DNA of 64,000 nt from Bacillota bacterium (GTDB lineage: Bacteria > Bacillota > Clostridia > UBA1381 > UMGS1253), in the NCBI GenBank assembly GCA_022706785.1, contig JAKJBW010000006.1, forward strand, positions 11,306 through 75,305, given 5' to 3'. The notes below the pieces were generated by a model, which did no database searches, was not told the origin of the DNA, and saw only the letters and a program-made list of their open reading frames with translations. Made by a program: the position numbers and the translations under genes. Shown here in pieces: positions 37,415-46,329 of the stretch (the first letter of the stretch is position 1; each line of letters starts with the position of its first letter).

Positions 37415-38161
37415 CTAAAAACGGCCAAAATGGCTGATGGATATTTTTTCAAACGTACTTTTCACCAGCTTGAAGCAATCCAGGATCTCAGGGTCAAACA
37501 TACCGCATTCACCGTTCGTGATCATCTCCACAGCGGTTTTGTGCGGCAGACGCGGTTTGTAAGGCTTTACGCTTGTGAGCGCATCATACACGTCGGCAAT
37601 GGCTACCACTCTGGCGGCAAAAGGAATCTGTTCGCCCGACAGCTGCATAGGGTAACCGCTGCCGTCCCAGCGCTCATGATGGGATCGGCATATGTCGGCG
37701 CAGACTTTAATATAATCAGAGTCAAACACATTTTTCAGGCCCTCAATAATTTCTGCGCCCCTGATGCTGTGCAGCTTCATCAGTTCGCGTTCTTCGTCGG
37801 TGAGCCTTCCGGTCTTGAGCAGGACATGGTCGGGAACGGCTATCTTTCCTATGTCGTGAAAAGTGGAGGCCTGGGCATAAAGTGCGATATCCTCTTTCTT
37901 CAGCTTGTATTTGCTGTTTTTGTTTTTATAAATACTCTTGAGGAGCACAAGGGTGTACTGCCGTATACGGCGTACATGGCCTACGTCGTCATAGCTCCTG
38001 TGTTCAATCAAAGCGGTCATCATGTCTATAAGCGGTTCATAGGATGCTGCCATTTCGGAAGTCTTGGTGTCCGGGGCGGTTTTGTCCGAAGGTTTTTTCT
38101 CCAAGTGCCAACACGTCCTTTCTAAAACGCTGCAATGAGATTTGCCCGCCAAACCTGCCAT
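37415..38161 (-). CDS. Stand-alone HD-GYP domain protein (c-di-GMP phosphodiesterase family)
   Basis: FHDIGKIAVPD, HSIRGAEII, HHERWDGSGYP. The start codon is uncertain (38161 or the internal 38053) and no clear RBS precedes either. Confidence 0.8.
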   Translation of the reverse strand: MAGLAGKSHCSVLERTCWHLEKKPSDKTAPDTKTSEMAASYEPLIDMMTALIEHRSYDDVGHVRRIRQYTLVLLKSIYKNKNSKYKLKKEDIALYAQASTFHDIGKIAVPDHVLLKTGRLTDEERELMKLHSIRGAEIIEGLKNVFDSDYIKVCADICRSHHERWDGSGYPMQLSGEQIPFAARVVAIADVYDALTSVKPYKPRLPHKTAVEMITNGECGMFDPEILDCFKLVKSTFEKISISHFGRF

Positions 38162-38190
38162 AAAGCCGAGTATGCACAGGGGCCGGGCTG

Positions 38191-38880
38191 TTACGAATCT
38201 GTCATAGCATCGATGATAATAGCGAGAGTCACCTTGAGCAGGAAGTAAACAGAATCGGATTTGCCGATGCTGGATTTTCCGCTTTGGCGTTTTTTCATCT
38301 TCACAGGGATCTCGCGTATGCGAAGCCTATGCCGCACGGCAATAACAATGGACTCAGGCTCGGGATAGTCCTGCGGGTAGTTAAAAGTGAACAGCCTGAT
38401 AGCGTCTTTATCACAGACCCGAAAGCCCGAGGTCGGGTCGGATATGGAAAGCTTAAAAAAAGTTTTGATCAACGTGTATAAAAACGATATACCCATCCTT
38501 CTCATAAAGGATGATTGAAACCCGTTGCGGTCTATAAAGCGCGAACCGATACAGATGTTATAGCCCTGTTGGAGGACAGGCAGCATGTGGTCAATATAGG
38601 AAGGGTCATGCTGACCGTCGCCGTCCAACTGAACCAGTGCGTCATAGTTGTTGTAGTAAGCATATCTGAAACCTGTCTGCCTGGCTCCGCCTATCCCCAA
38701 ATTGGAAGGCAATTTTATCACCGATACGCCGCGGCTTCGTGACACCGCGTAGGAGTTATCCGTTGAACAATCGTCGATAATCAAAATATCGTATCCGGGA
38801 CAGGTGGCCTTAAGCTCGTCTAAAACTGCGCCGATATTATTTTCTTCATTATACACAGGTATGCATATCAATACTTTCAT
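38191..38880 (-). CDS. Family 2 glycosyltransferase, polyprenol-phosphate sugar synthase-like (DPM1/GtrB/ArnC-type)
   Basis: MKVLICIPVYNEENNIGAVLDEL, ILIIDDCSTDNS, QLDGDGQHDP (DxD region). 229 aa with a short hydrophobic C-terminus. Confidence 0.8.
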   Translation of the reverse strand: MKVLICIPVYNEENNIGAVLDELKATCPGYDILIIDDCSTDNSYAVSRSRGVSVIKLPSNLGIGGARQTGFRYAYYNNYDALVQLDGDGQHDPSYIDHMLPVLQQGYNICIGSRFIDRNGFQSSFMRRMGISFLYTLIKTFFKLSISDPTSGFRVCDKDAIRLFTFNYPQDYPEPESIVIAVRHRLRIREIPVKMKKRQSGKSSIGKSDSVYFLLKVTLAIIIDAMTDS

Positions 38881-39012
38881 CCAAGATCCTCCGAAGCATC
38901 AGATCACTTAGCGCGAATGCCATGCGTATTTATAAACACAATGCCATTATACTATCTATCGCCGCGCACGTCAATCATCAACATTCGGTTTTTCATTTGA
39001 ACACGGGGGCTA

Positions 39013-39053
39013 TAAATGATGATAAAGGCCGCATATCAAACCATGCAGCCTTT
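39013..39053 (-). terminator. Hairpin between the two GT2 genes
   Basis: 11-bp stem AAAGGCTGCAT/ATGCGGCCTTT whose only non-Watson-Crick pair is G-U on the minus-strand RNA. The U-tract is weak. Confidence 0.35.
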
Positions 39054-39098
39054 TATTATTCAATATGGGAGCCGCAAAGGAACGTAGACTGCAGGCGC

Positions 39099-39824
39099 CT
39101 ATGCGGATACAGAGCTTCTCTGGGCAGCGGGGACGCGCTGAGGTCTTAATGAAATCAGGATGGCAAGCGATACCTTTGTCATAAAATATACCGAAGCGAG
39201 GCTGCTGATGCTGGACTTCCCGCATCCTCTTTCCTGCATGGTAACCGGCAGTTCACAAATAGCCAGATTGTTTTTGGAAGCGGTAACAATGGACTCCGGT
39301 TCGGGATAATCCTGGGGATATTCGGCTGCAAACAGTTTAATAGCCTCTCTGTCACAGGCTCTGAAGCCCGAGGTAGGGTCTGTGATGCTGTTTCCGGTAA
39401 TCATCTTGATCAGGTTATGCAGAAGGGCTATGCCCACCCTGCGCATAAATGACGACTGGAAGCCTTGAAAATTGATAAAGCGGGAGCCTATACAGATATT
39501 GTTGCCCGCCCTTAAGCTGTCAAGCATCCTGCCGATATACTCGGGTTTGTGCTGGCCGTCGCCGTCAATCTGGATCACTGCGTCGTAGTTATTGGCAAGC
39601 GCATATTTAAAGCCTGTCTGACGCGCTCCCCCTATACCGAGGTTGGAAGGCAGCCGTATCACAGCGACATTTTCCCTGCCTGAGCATATCTCATAAGTGG
39701 AGTCGGTGGATCCGTCATCAACAACCAGCACATCATACTGGTGCTCTGACTGCGCCATGCCGTCCAGTACGTTGGCTATGTTTCTTTCTTCATTGTACGC
39801 TGGGATGATAACAAGCACTTTCAT
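39099..39824 (-). CDS. Family 2 glycosyltransferase, paralog of 38191..38880
   Basis: MKVLVIIPAYNEERNIANVLDGM, VLVVDDGSTDST, QIDGDGQHKP. Colinear with the neighbouring GT2 along its full length. Confidence 0.8.
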   Translation of the reverse strand: MKVLVIIPAYNEERNIANVLDGMAQSEHQYDVLVVDDGSTDSTYEICSGRENVAVIRLPSNLGIGGARQTGFKYALANNYDAVIQIDGDGQHKPEYIGRMLDSLRAGNNICIGSRFINFQGFQSSFMRRVGIALLHNLIKMITGNSITDPTSGFRACDREAIKLFAAEYPQDYPEPESIVTASKNNLAICELPVTMQERGCGKSSISSLASVYFMTKVSLAILISLRPQRVPAAQRSSVSA

Positions 39825-40117
39825 GGCTCTTTCGCTCCTTCCATTATCTGAAAAGTGTGTGTACGAGCTGATTATCTCTTTACAATACGGAGTATAATAC
39901 GCCCGGCGAAAAGATAAAAGCGTTTTGTATTATTTGGGTCGTTTTTTGTAATTTCTGAACGCAAATCCCGTTTGGCGCGCCTGGCCCAAAAGTTGCGCAA
40001 AGCCGGTAACAGACTGTCAAAAAAGGGCAAAATATATTTTTTAAGTAATAGTTGCATTTGTCTGTTTTTGTAGATATAATAAATGCAAGCAAGGTATAAA
40101 GTCTATCAATTTTATTT

Positions 40118-40177
40118 TATGCATTTATTGTATCGGAGTGAAGTAAGCCGACTGCGGCTTACACGGATGATATAATA
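40118..40177 (+). promoter_or_regulatory. Tandem promoter-like module 1 (ends in TGaTATAAT; contains palindrome AAGCCG-N4-CGGCTT)
   Basis: The 60-nt module repeats at 40216..40275 (49/60 identical, no gaps, 98-bp period). The extended -10 is at 40168-40176. Confidence 0.5.
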
Positions 40178-40215
40178 AACGCAATTATGGATATAAAACC
40201 TTTCGGTTTTATTCC

Positions 40216-40275
40216 TATGCCTTTATTGTATCGGTGTGCAACAAGCCGACTACGGCTTGTATTTATGATATAATA
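40216..40275 (+). promoter_or_regulatory. Tandem promoter-like module 2, proximal to the LytTR regulator gene
   Basis: Same layout as module 1. The extended -10 TGaTATAAT lies at 40266-40274, 78 nt upstream of the ATG at 40352. Confidence 0.5.
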
Positions 40276-40351
40276 TGTTTGACGCAATCCCTCAGAATAA
40301 AGTATGTGCCTCGGGCGGGAACATTTGCCGGGACAGGAACGGGGGCTCATT

Positions 40352-41068
40352 ATGAGAATTGCCATATGCGACAACGATCCGCATACAGTCGAAAGATTAA
40401 ACAGCATTCTGGTCAGTACATCACGCGAACACAGGGGTATCGACGTATATACCTATTTTTCCGGCGAGGAGCTTGTGGGTGCGTTTGAAAAAAAGGGAAT
40501 GCGCTTTGATATGGTCTTTCTTGACATCAAAATGTCGCGCCTCGACGGGATCTCTGTCGCAAAAGTGATAACGGGTCTGCAAAGCAGCTGCCTTATCTTT
40601 TTGGTGACTGCCTATATGGACTATGTTCTGAAGGGGTATGAGGTAAGAGCGTTTAGGTATATTATGAAGCCGTTTAAGGATGAGGAGATCAAAAAACACT
40701 TCCTTTACGCCGTCAGGGAGCTGCTTGATGAGGGAAAACGGTACTCCGTTCATACCAAATCCACTATTCTGACCTATAACCCCGATGACATTGTGTTTTT
40801 GGAAAGTACGCAAAGACAGGTGATTTTAAACACGCTTACGGCGCGTACCAGTTTTTACTCCAAACTGGGCAACGAGGAGGAAAAGCTGAAGGGTTTTGGT
40901 TTTGTGCGTGTGCATCAGGGATTTCTGGTCAATATGGCCTATATAAAGACGATTATAGAAAACAATATTATCCTTACGAACGGGGCGGCAATCCCTATGA
41001 GCAAAAGCAAAAAGAAGGAAGCCCTGAACTGTTATACGAAATACCTTACCGAGTTTGACGGCATATAG
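40352..41068 (+). CDS. LytTR-family response regulator (AgrA/LytR type)
   Basis: The receiver domain has MRIAICDNDP and DMVFLDIKM. The C-terminal LytTR pattern is FVRVHQGFLVNMAYI. Start set at the internal ATG at 40352. Confidence 0.9.
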   Translation: MRIAICDNDPHTVERLNSILVSTSREHRGIDVYTYFSGEELVGAFEKKGMRFDMVFLDIKMSRLDGISVAKVITGLQSSCLIFLVTAYMDYVLKGYEVRAFRYIMKPFKDEEIKKHFLYAVRELLDEGKRYSVHTKSTILTYNPDDIVFLESTQRQVILNTLTARTSFYSKLGNEEEKLKGFGFVRVHQGFLVNMAYIKTIIENNIILTNGAAIPMSKSKKKEALNCYTKYLTEFDGI

Positions 41069-41093
41069 CTGACAGGAGAGGAGGCGCGGTATT

Positions 41094-42401
41094 TTGCATG
41101 AACATATCATTGTCCTCATTCGGGCTTTACTCGATGGGCTGCTGATTTGTCTTATGCCGGGATACTTTTTCGCACCTAAAGGGGTATTTTATATCAAAAC
41201 TACGATCAGAACTGTATCGGTGGTTGCGTCGGTAACAGCTGTTTTGGCTGCGTTTTACTGTGGACGATACGGCTTGCCGGCGGATTTTGTATTTGTCGCA
41301 ATCGTCGGAACAACCGTCGGCGTGCTTTTGTTTAGCGGGCCGGTGGCGGCTAAGCTATACACAGCTGCGCTTGCGGCGTTTGTTTCTATTGTTGGGGAGT
41401 CTGCGGCGCTGAGCCTGCCGACCACTTCAGCACATAAAGACTTCGGTATATTTTGGCTTGTGGTTGTGCTGCTGGGTGTGATATACAAGCTTTTCCTGCC
41501 GACAGTCTTTTTTGTTTTAAATAAACGAAACGGCGGGGCAATCATTACATCGGCGGACGATATGCCAAAACGCTTTGTCGTATCCGGTGTATTAGCTGTA
41601 ATATCCGCTGCGTGCGTGGTTTGCTTTGCGTTTCGGGACAGCGGGTATCTCCACTGGAGCTTTTATTTTGCGGCGGGTTTTGCAGTGTTTGCAGGATTCT
41701 ATGCGCTTAGTGCATTTGCCGGTGCTAAGCAGGCGTGCCAAAGGTGCGCTTTTATGGAGCAGCAGCTTTCTCAGGCGGCCAAGCGTTACAGGCAGATGGA
41801 AATTTTCGGTGAAACGCTCAGCGGCGTATGGCACGATTTTCGCAACCATATGACGTATGTTATGGCGCTTTTGGATAGGACAGACATTTCGGGTGCACAA
41901 AAATACCTTACGGAGCTGTACGCGTCGTCTGTCGAGGCGGAGGACTATGCCGTTACAGGGAATCTGGTGTTTGACAGCATCTTAAGGGAGAAACGCATAT
42001 TAGCGCGTAAAAACAACATCGGGTTTGCCTACAGTGTGCGTTTGCCGGAGCATGTTTATATAAAAGATATGGATTTGTGTATCGTGCTGGGTAATATACT
42101 CGACAATGCTCTGGAAGCGTGCATGGGGTCAGCCGAAACGGACACGAAGCGCATTATCCTGGACGTGGGCTGGAAGCACGACTACATTTACCTGTCGCTT
42201 GAAAATTGCGAGCCGCGGGTACAAGACGCTGACAGCAAACGCGCACAGGCGTTTGACAAGGGTGGACTGGCGCGCGGTATAGGCATGAAAAATGTTGAGG
42301 CGGTCGTCTCAAAATACGATGGCAATCTGTACCTTGAGCATGCCGGTGGCAAATTCAAAATGCGCATTATACTTAAAAACGACATGTCACATACACAGTA
42401 A
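41094..42401 (+). CDS. Membrane sensor histidine kinase, AgrC/GHKL (HPK10-like) type
   Basis: About six N-terminal TM segments, a His-box region SGVWHDFRNHM, GNILDNALEA (N-box) and GIGMKNV (G-box). TTG start after GGAGAGGAGG. Confidence 0.8.
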   Translation: MHEHIIVLIRALLDGLLICLMPGYFFAPKGVFYIKTTIRTVSVVASVTAVLAAFYCGRYGLPADFVFVAIVGTTVGVLLFSGPVAAKLYTAALAAFVSIVGESAALSLPTTSAHKDFGIFWLVVVLLGVIYKLFLPTVFFVLNKRNGGAIITSADDMPKRFVVSGVLAVISAACVVCFAFRDSGYLHWSFYFAAGFAVFAGFYALSAFAGAKQACQRCAFMEQQLSQAAKRYRQMEIFGETLSGVWHDFRNHMTYVMALLDRTDISGAQKYLTELYASSVEAEDYAVTGNLVFDSILREKRILARKNNIGFAYSVRLPEHVYIKDMDLCIVLGNILDNALEACMGSAETDTKRIILDVGWKHDYIYLSLENCEPRVQDADSKRAQAFDKGGLARGIGMKNVEAVVSKYDGNLYLEHAGGKFKMRIILKNDMSHTQ

Positions 42402-42546
42402 TCCCTTTTTAGAAAACTGCGTATTTTTGTGCGGCAGCGAAGGCGGATTTCCGCATGGGACTTATTATATAGAGAAAAAAAGCTAAAATATTACACTAAA
42501 TAACCCAAAAAGAACAAAGTGCTTTTTTGCCCGGCAAACAGATAAT

Positions 42547-42564
42547 ATACTATAGGTATAGTAT
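42547..42564. promoter_or_regulatory. Perfect palindrome ATACTATA-GG-TATAGTAT upstream of the DivIVA-EAL gene (candidate operator)
   Basis: Read directly from the sequence: 8-bp arms with a 2-bp spacer, 70 nt upstream of the ATG at 42634. Confidence 0.3.
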
Positions 42565-42633
42565 TCTGGGTTTATTGTGTCACTAAAGACTGCATTTGCG
42601 CGCAAATAACCTTCCCGAAAGGGGGCATTGAGG

Positions 42634-44565
42634 ATGGTCGCCGAAAATTTGAGCATTAAAACCGGGCTGCTGGGACTCAGGAAAGCCGACGTTGACAAAT
42701 ATATTACCGGCATGGTGCAGGAATACAGCACCGTACTGTCCGAAATGCGTAAAGAGCTTGCGTCTTTGGGGACGGAAAAAAAACATCTTTTGGCCGAATT
42801 GCAGCGGGCTAAAGCAGAAGGCCGGCAGGTGGTTTATGAAGAAGAACCCGCGGAAAAAAATGCATTTGCAGAATTGCTTAATTATTCGGACAAAGCGGTC
42901 AGGCGCCTGGACAGGACCATCGCACTGATAAATCAGATAGCCGAGCAAAAGATAGATGATATGGTGCAAAAGGCCGGCGTACAGATGGCTGAGTATGATG
43001 CAAAGCTGGCCCGGCTGGGCGATGAGATTGAGCAGACCCGCGGAAGCGTTGAGAGCCTGCTGGGTGAAGTGGTGGATTTACTTAAAACCAATATAGATGA
43101 AATCATAGGCGAACCGCGGGCGCGCAGCTCTGCAGATACGGCCAAAACGCCCGCATCCCCTTCCAAGACCATAAGAAAGGCCACTGGAAACGCTGAGACC
43201 ACTCCCCCGGCGGAAACAGAAAACGTGGTAAGCCTGTTTGGCGCTGCGGCAGGGGCAAAGCCCAGTCTGACGCTTGTGTCCAAGGAAGTGGAAACGGCAG
43301 TTATCAAAACCCTTGAAACCTACCAAAGCCTCAAGGGCGAATACACCAAAAAACTTGAAAGTATTTTAGCTGGGCCAGGCGATGAAATCAGCGGCGCGGC
43401 ATTGTTTTTTCAGATCAATGAATTCGTTATGACCAACTATTTTTTAAATTGCTCTGCCGACGGGGCTTTGATAAAGGCTATTTCAGACTATATTATGAGT
43501 CTGGATAAGGGTGTGTATGTCGAGCGGCTCTCCTACGACCAGCTTGGCGTGATTTATGACGGCCAGAGCAGCAAAGGCAAAGTCTGCGCGTTTGCCAGCG
43601 ATGTGCTGGCTTATATTCAAAGCGGTATTTTTGTAAACGGCAGGAAAGCGGAGCTGTCCGCCAATGCCGGAATTGCGATGTATTCAAAGAACAGCGCAAG
43701 CGCTGAACTTGTGATAAATTATGCGGGTATCGCACTCTATAAGGCTAAGGAGCGGGGCAAGGGCCTATACCAGTTCGTGGATGACAATCTGATCAGTGAG
43801 GTGGAGTTTGATAACGCGTTAAAAGCGGATTTGCGCAGCGCCATTGATAACAACGAACTGGTATTGTTCTATCAGCCGCAGTATACGGCAAAAACAAAAG
43901 AACTGGCGGGTTTTGAAGCGTTGCTCCGCTGGCAGAACCCCAAGTATTATCAAATGTCGATTGATGATATCATAAAAATAGCGGAGCAGGAAAATCTTAT
44001 CGAGAAAATAGGGCTGTATCTGTTTCGCAAAGCGTGCCTGTTTGCTAAGGAAGTGGGGGCCAGAAGCCAAAAACGCTGCATAATTTCGGTCAACTTTTCG
44101 TCCATACAGATCGCAAATGACAATTTTGTGAATATCATAAAGCGTGTGCTGGGCGAAACGGGCGTGCCGCCCGAGTATTTGGGGCTTGAAATCACCGAGT
44201 CATGCTTTATGGACTGTATAGGCGAAACCTGCCAAAAGCTTAATCAGATCAGAAACATGGGCATTACTATTTCTATCGATGATTTCGGCACAGGCTATTC
44301 CACACTGTCCTATCTGCTCAAGCTGCCTGTGTCGGTGATAAAGATCGACAAAACCTTCCTAGACGAGCTGGAGTCGGGTAAAAAGGCCGAGATATTTGTT
44401 GCGTCTATCATTAATACTGCGCACAATCTTGGGCTTCGCGTGGTAGCCGAAGGGGTTGAAAATGAGCGTCAGATGCAGGTGCTGGCGGAAGCGGGATGCG
44501 ATTACCTGCAGGGGTATTATCTGTCAAAGCCGGTTCCCGAAAACGAGGCATACTTGTATTTATAA
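42634..44565 (+). CDS. DivIVA-motif coiled-coil protein fused to a degenerate GGDEF domain and an EAL phosphodiesterase domain
   Basis: The N-terminal GLLGLRKADVDKYITGMVQEY resembles the DivIVA F-x-GY-x2-EVD-x-F motif and is followed by coiled coil. The GGDEF position reads SYDQL. The EAL domain has intact FEALLRW, EITES, DDFGTGYS and KIDKTF. Start at ATG 42634 after AAGGGGG. Confidence 0.8.
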   Translation: MVAENLSIKTGLLGLRKADVDKYITGMVQEYSTVLSEMRKELASLGTEKKHLLAELQRAKAEGRQVVYEEEPAEKNAFAELLNYSDKAVRRLDRTIALINQIAEQKIDDMVQKAGVQMAEYDAKLARLGDEIEQTRGSVESLLGEVVDLLKTNIDEIIGEPRARSSADTAKTPASPSKTIRKATGNAETTPPAETENVVSLFGAAAGAKPSLTLVSKEVETAVIKTLETYQSLKGEYTKKLESILAGPGDEISGAALFFQINEFVMTNYFLNCSADGALIKAISDYIMSLDKGVYVERLSYDQLGVIYDGQSSKGKVCAFASDVLAYIQSGIFVNGRKAELSANAGIAMYSKNSASAELVINYAGIALYKAKERGKGLYQFVDDNLISEVEFDNALKADLRSAIDNNELVLFYQPQYTAKTKELAGFEALLRWQNPKYYQMSIDDIIKIAEQENLIEKIGLYLFRKACLFAKEVGARSQKRCIISVNFSSIQIANDNFVNIIKRVLGETGVPPEYLGLEITESCFMDCIGETCQKLNQIRNMGITISIDDFGTGYSTLSYLLKLPVSVIKIDKTFLDELESGKKAEIFVASIINTAHNLGLRVVAEGVENERQMQVLAEAGCDYLQGYYLSKPVPENEAYLYL

Positions 44566-44596
44566 AATCAGTTTGAGGTTTGAGGGGTTTTATGTT

Positions 44597-45889
44597 ATGA
44601 TAAAAAAAACGCTGTTTCTTTGCCTGGCATGGGTTCTTTCCATAGGCTGTCCGCTTAGCGGCAGCGTCAGTGCCGCCGATGTCAGCTATATGGAGGAGGC
44701 CAGAGTGTTTTACGATCTCGGCCTTTACAAGGGCGTTTCCGCAGACCACTTTGATCCTGATCTGTTCTCATTTTCGGATAAGGAGACGGCGCTTGTTTTC
44801 CTGCTCAGGCTGGCCGGCCAGCGCGATAACGTACAGGCAAGCAGCGACAGCGGGGCAAACTATACGCTGGGCGCCTACACAGACGGAAGTTCGGTGTCGG
44901 ACTGGGCAAGGAAGCATGTGGCTTACGGGCTGCGGCAAAAGCTGATACCCGATATCTCAAACAATCAGATTTTGCCCAAGCGGCTTTGCGATGGCAAGAC
45001 GTTTACCGCTATCCTGCTTCGCATAATGGGGTATTCATTAGACAACGATTTGTGGGAAATATCCACCTACATAAACAGCTATATAGGCGGGATGACAGCT
45101 GACGACGCCAGGGAGTACGCGGACAAAATCCTGACTAAAAACGATATGATCGCCATTGTGTGGAAATCGCTTTATATTAAAGATAAAAACGGCACCAGCT
45201 TTTTAAGCCGCATTGTCGCAGACAATGGCCTGCAAAAAAGCAGGATGACAGCGTTAGGCTTTACCTATTCGTCCAGCGGGATAACCGCCCCGGCTTTCAG
45301 AAAAACGGCAGTGAATCTTGACAATGTTCAAAACAACAGATATAGTATGCAGGATGGGTCGGCATACTACGGCGAAACTTCCGGCGGCGTCCCCAACGGA
45401 AGAGGCGTTGTGTATTATGCCGACGGGAGCAAGTACGAGGGTTCGGTTGTAGGTGGTATGCGTCATGGAGAAGGCAAGCTGACGCGCAACGATGGCTTTG
45501 TTTATTCGGGCAGTTGGGAAAATGATAAAATGACCGGTTACGCCACCTTAAAATGGCCGAGCGGCGACAGCTATACCGGCAATTTGTACACCGGCTATTT
45601 TCAGGGTTACGGTACCATGGTGTGGGCCAGCGGCGACAGCTATACCGGCAATTGGCGTGAAGGTAAGTTTTCGGGCCAAGGCACCTTCAGATGGGCAAAC
45701 GGAAACTACTATCAGGGCGACTGGAGCGATGGTGAATTTGACGGATACGGTGTGCTTAATATACTGAATTCGGGTATTTATGAGGGGCAGTGGCGCATGG
45801 GTAAAAAGAACGGCCGCGGAAAGTTTGTGTCTGTTGGCAGCACTGTCCAGGAGGGAACATGGGAAAATGACAATTATGTAGGGCCGTAA
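44597..45889 (+). CDS. Secreted protein with SLH-like N-terminal region and C-terminal MORN repeats
   Basis: Signal peptide MIKKTLFLCLAWVLSIGCPLSGSVSA. There are at least seven MORN-type repeats (YxGxxxxGxxxGxGxxxxxxG, for example YEGSVVGGMRHGEGKLT, YTGNWREGKFSGQGTFR). Start moved to 44597 (GAGGGG RBS), which removes the overlap with the EAL gene. Confidence 0.75.
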   Translation: MIKKTLFLCLAWVLSIGCPLSGSVSAADVSYMEEARVFYDLGLYKGVSADHFDPDLFSFSDKETALVFLLRLAGQRDNVQASSDSGANYTLGAYTDGSSVSDWARKHVAYGLRQKLIPDISNNQILPKRLCDGKTFTAILLRIMGYSLDNDLWEISTYINSYIGGMTADDAREYADKILTKNDMIAIVWKSLYIKDKNGTSFLSRIVADNGLQKSRMTALGFTYSSSGITAPAFRKTAVNLDNVQNNRYSMQDGSAYYGETSGGVPNGRGVVYYADGSKYEGSVVGGMRHGEGKLTRNDGFVYSGSWENDKMTGYATLKWPSGDSYTGNLYTGYFQGYGTMVWASGDSYTGNWREGKFSGQGTFRWANGNYYQGDWSDGEFDGYGVLNILNSGIYEGQWRMGKKNGRGKFVSVGSTVQEGTWENDNYVGP

Positions 45890-45913
45890 TGGCCGCGAAA
45901 GGCGAGGGTATGG

Positions 45914-46261
45914 ATGCGGGTTGTGGTGCTTTCTCTCTTAAATGCGATTCTTTTGGTGTCCGGCCAGCTTTTGTGGAAGGCCGGCCTTGCGGGGCGGGAA
46001 TTTAACAGCGCTGAAACAATTGTGAAGGCTATGTTCTCGCCGCTTATCCTAACGGGGCTTTTCATATATGCTGCCGCGACGGTGCTGTGGCTGTATATCC
46101 TTACCCAGGCCGATATCAGCTATGTGTATCCGCTTACCAGTGTGGTTCATATCATTATGCTTTTGGTGGCGCTGTTTATCTTTAAAGAGCATGTGTATCT
46201 TACCAGATGGATAGGCGTTTTTCTCATTACTGCCGGCGTGTGCTTTGTGGGACTCAGATAG
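45914..46261 (+). CDS. Small 4-TM EamA/DMT-type protein (ArnE/ArnF-like lipid-linked sugar flippase candidate)
   Basis: 115 aa with four hydrophobic helices. The pattern LWLYILTQADISYVYPLTS...WIGVFLITAGV is typical of single EamA domains. Confidence 0.6.
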   Translation: MRVVVLSLLNAILLVSGQLLWKAGLAGREFNSAETIVKAMFSPLILTGLFIYAAATVLWLYILTQADISYVYPLTSVVHIIMLLVALFIFKEHVYLTRWIGVFLITAGVCFVGLR

Positions 46262-46329
46262 GCGTCTAAAAGGATACAAAACAGTTTTTACGACCCGGTT
46301 TTGCCGGCCGACTTTTGGGGGTGTGATGG

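Noticed and set aside
40119-40273. Two 18-codon mini-ORFs within the tandem modules (MHLLYRSEVSRLRLTRMI at 40119-40175; MPLLYRCATSRLRLVFMI at 40217-40273), plus a 28-codon ORF from 40187. I considered them as possible autoinducing-peptide precursors for the AgrCA-like system.
   Set aside because: No Shine-Dalgarno sequence precedes any of them. Six of the seven differing codons between the copies are non-synonymous. The peptides are shorter than, and unlike, known AgrD/ComC precursors. The conserved parts coincide with promoter and palindrome features instead.
44456-44596. The N-terminal extension of the MORN-protein ORF, which overlaps the EAL gene.
   Set aside because: It lies in a different frame within the EAL coding region. 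An internal ATG at 44597 has a GAGGGG RBS and a signal peptide.
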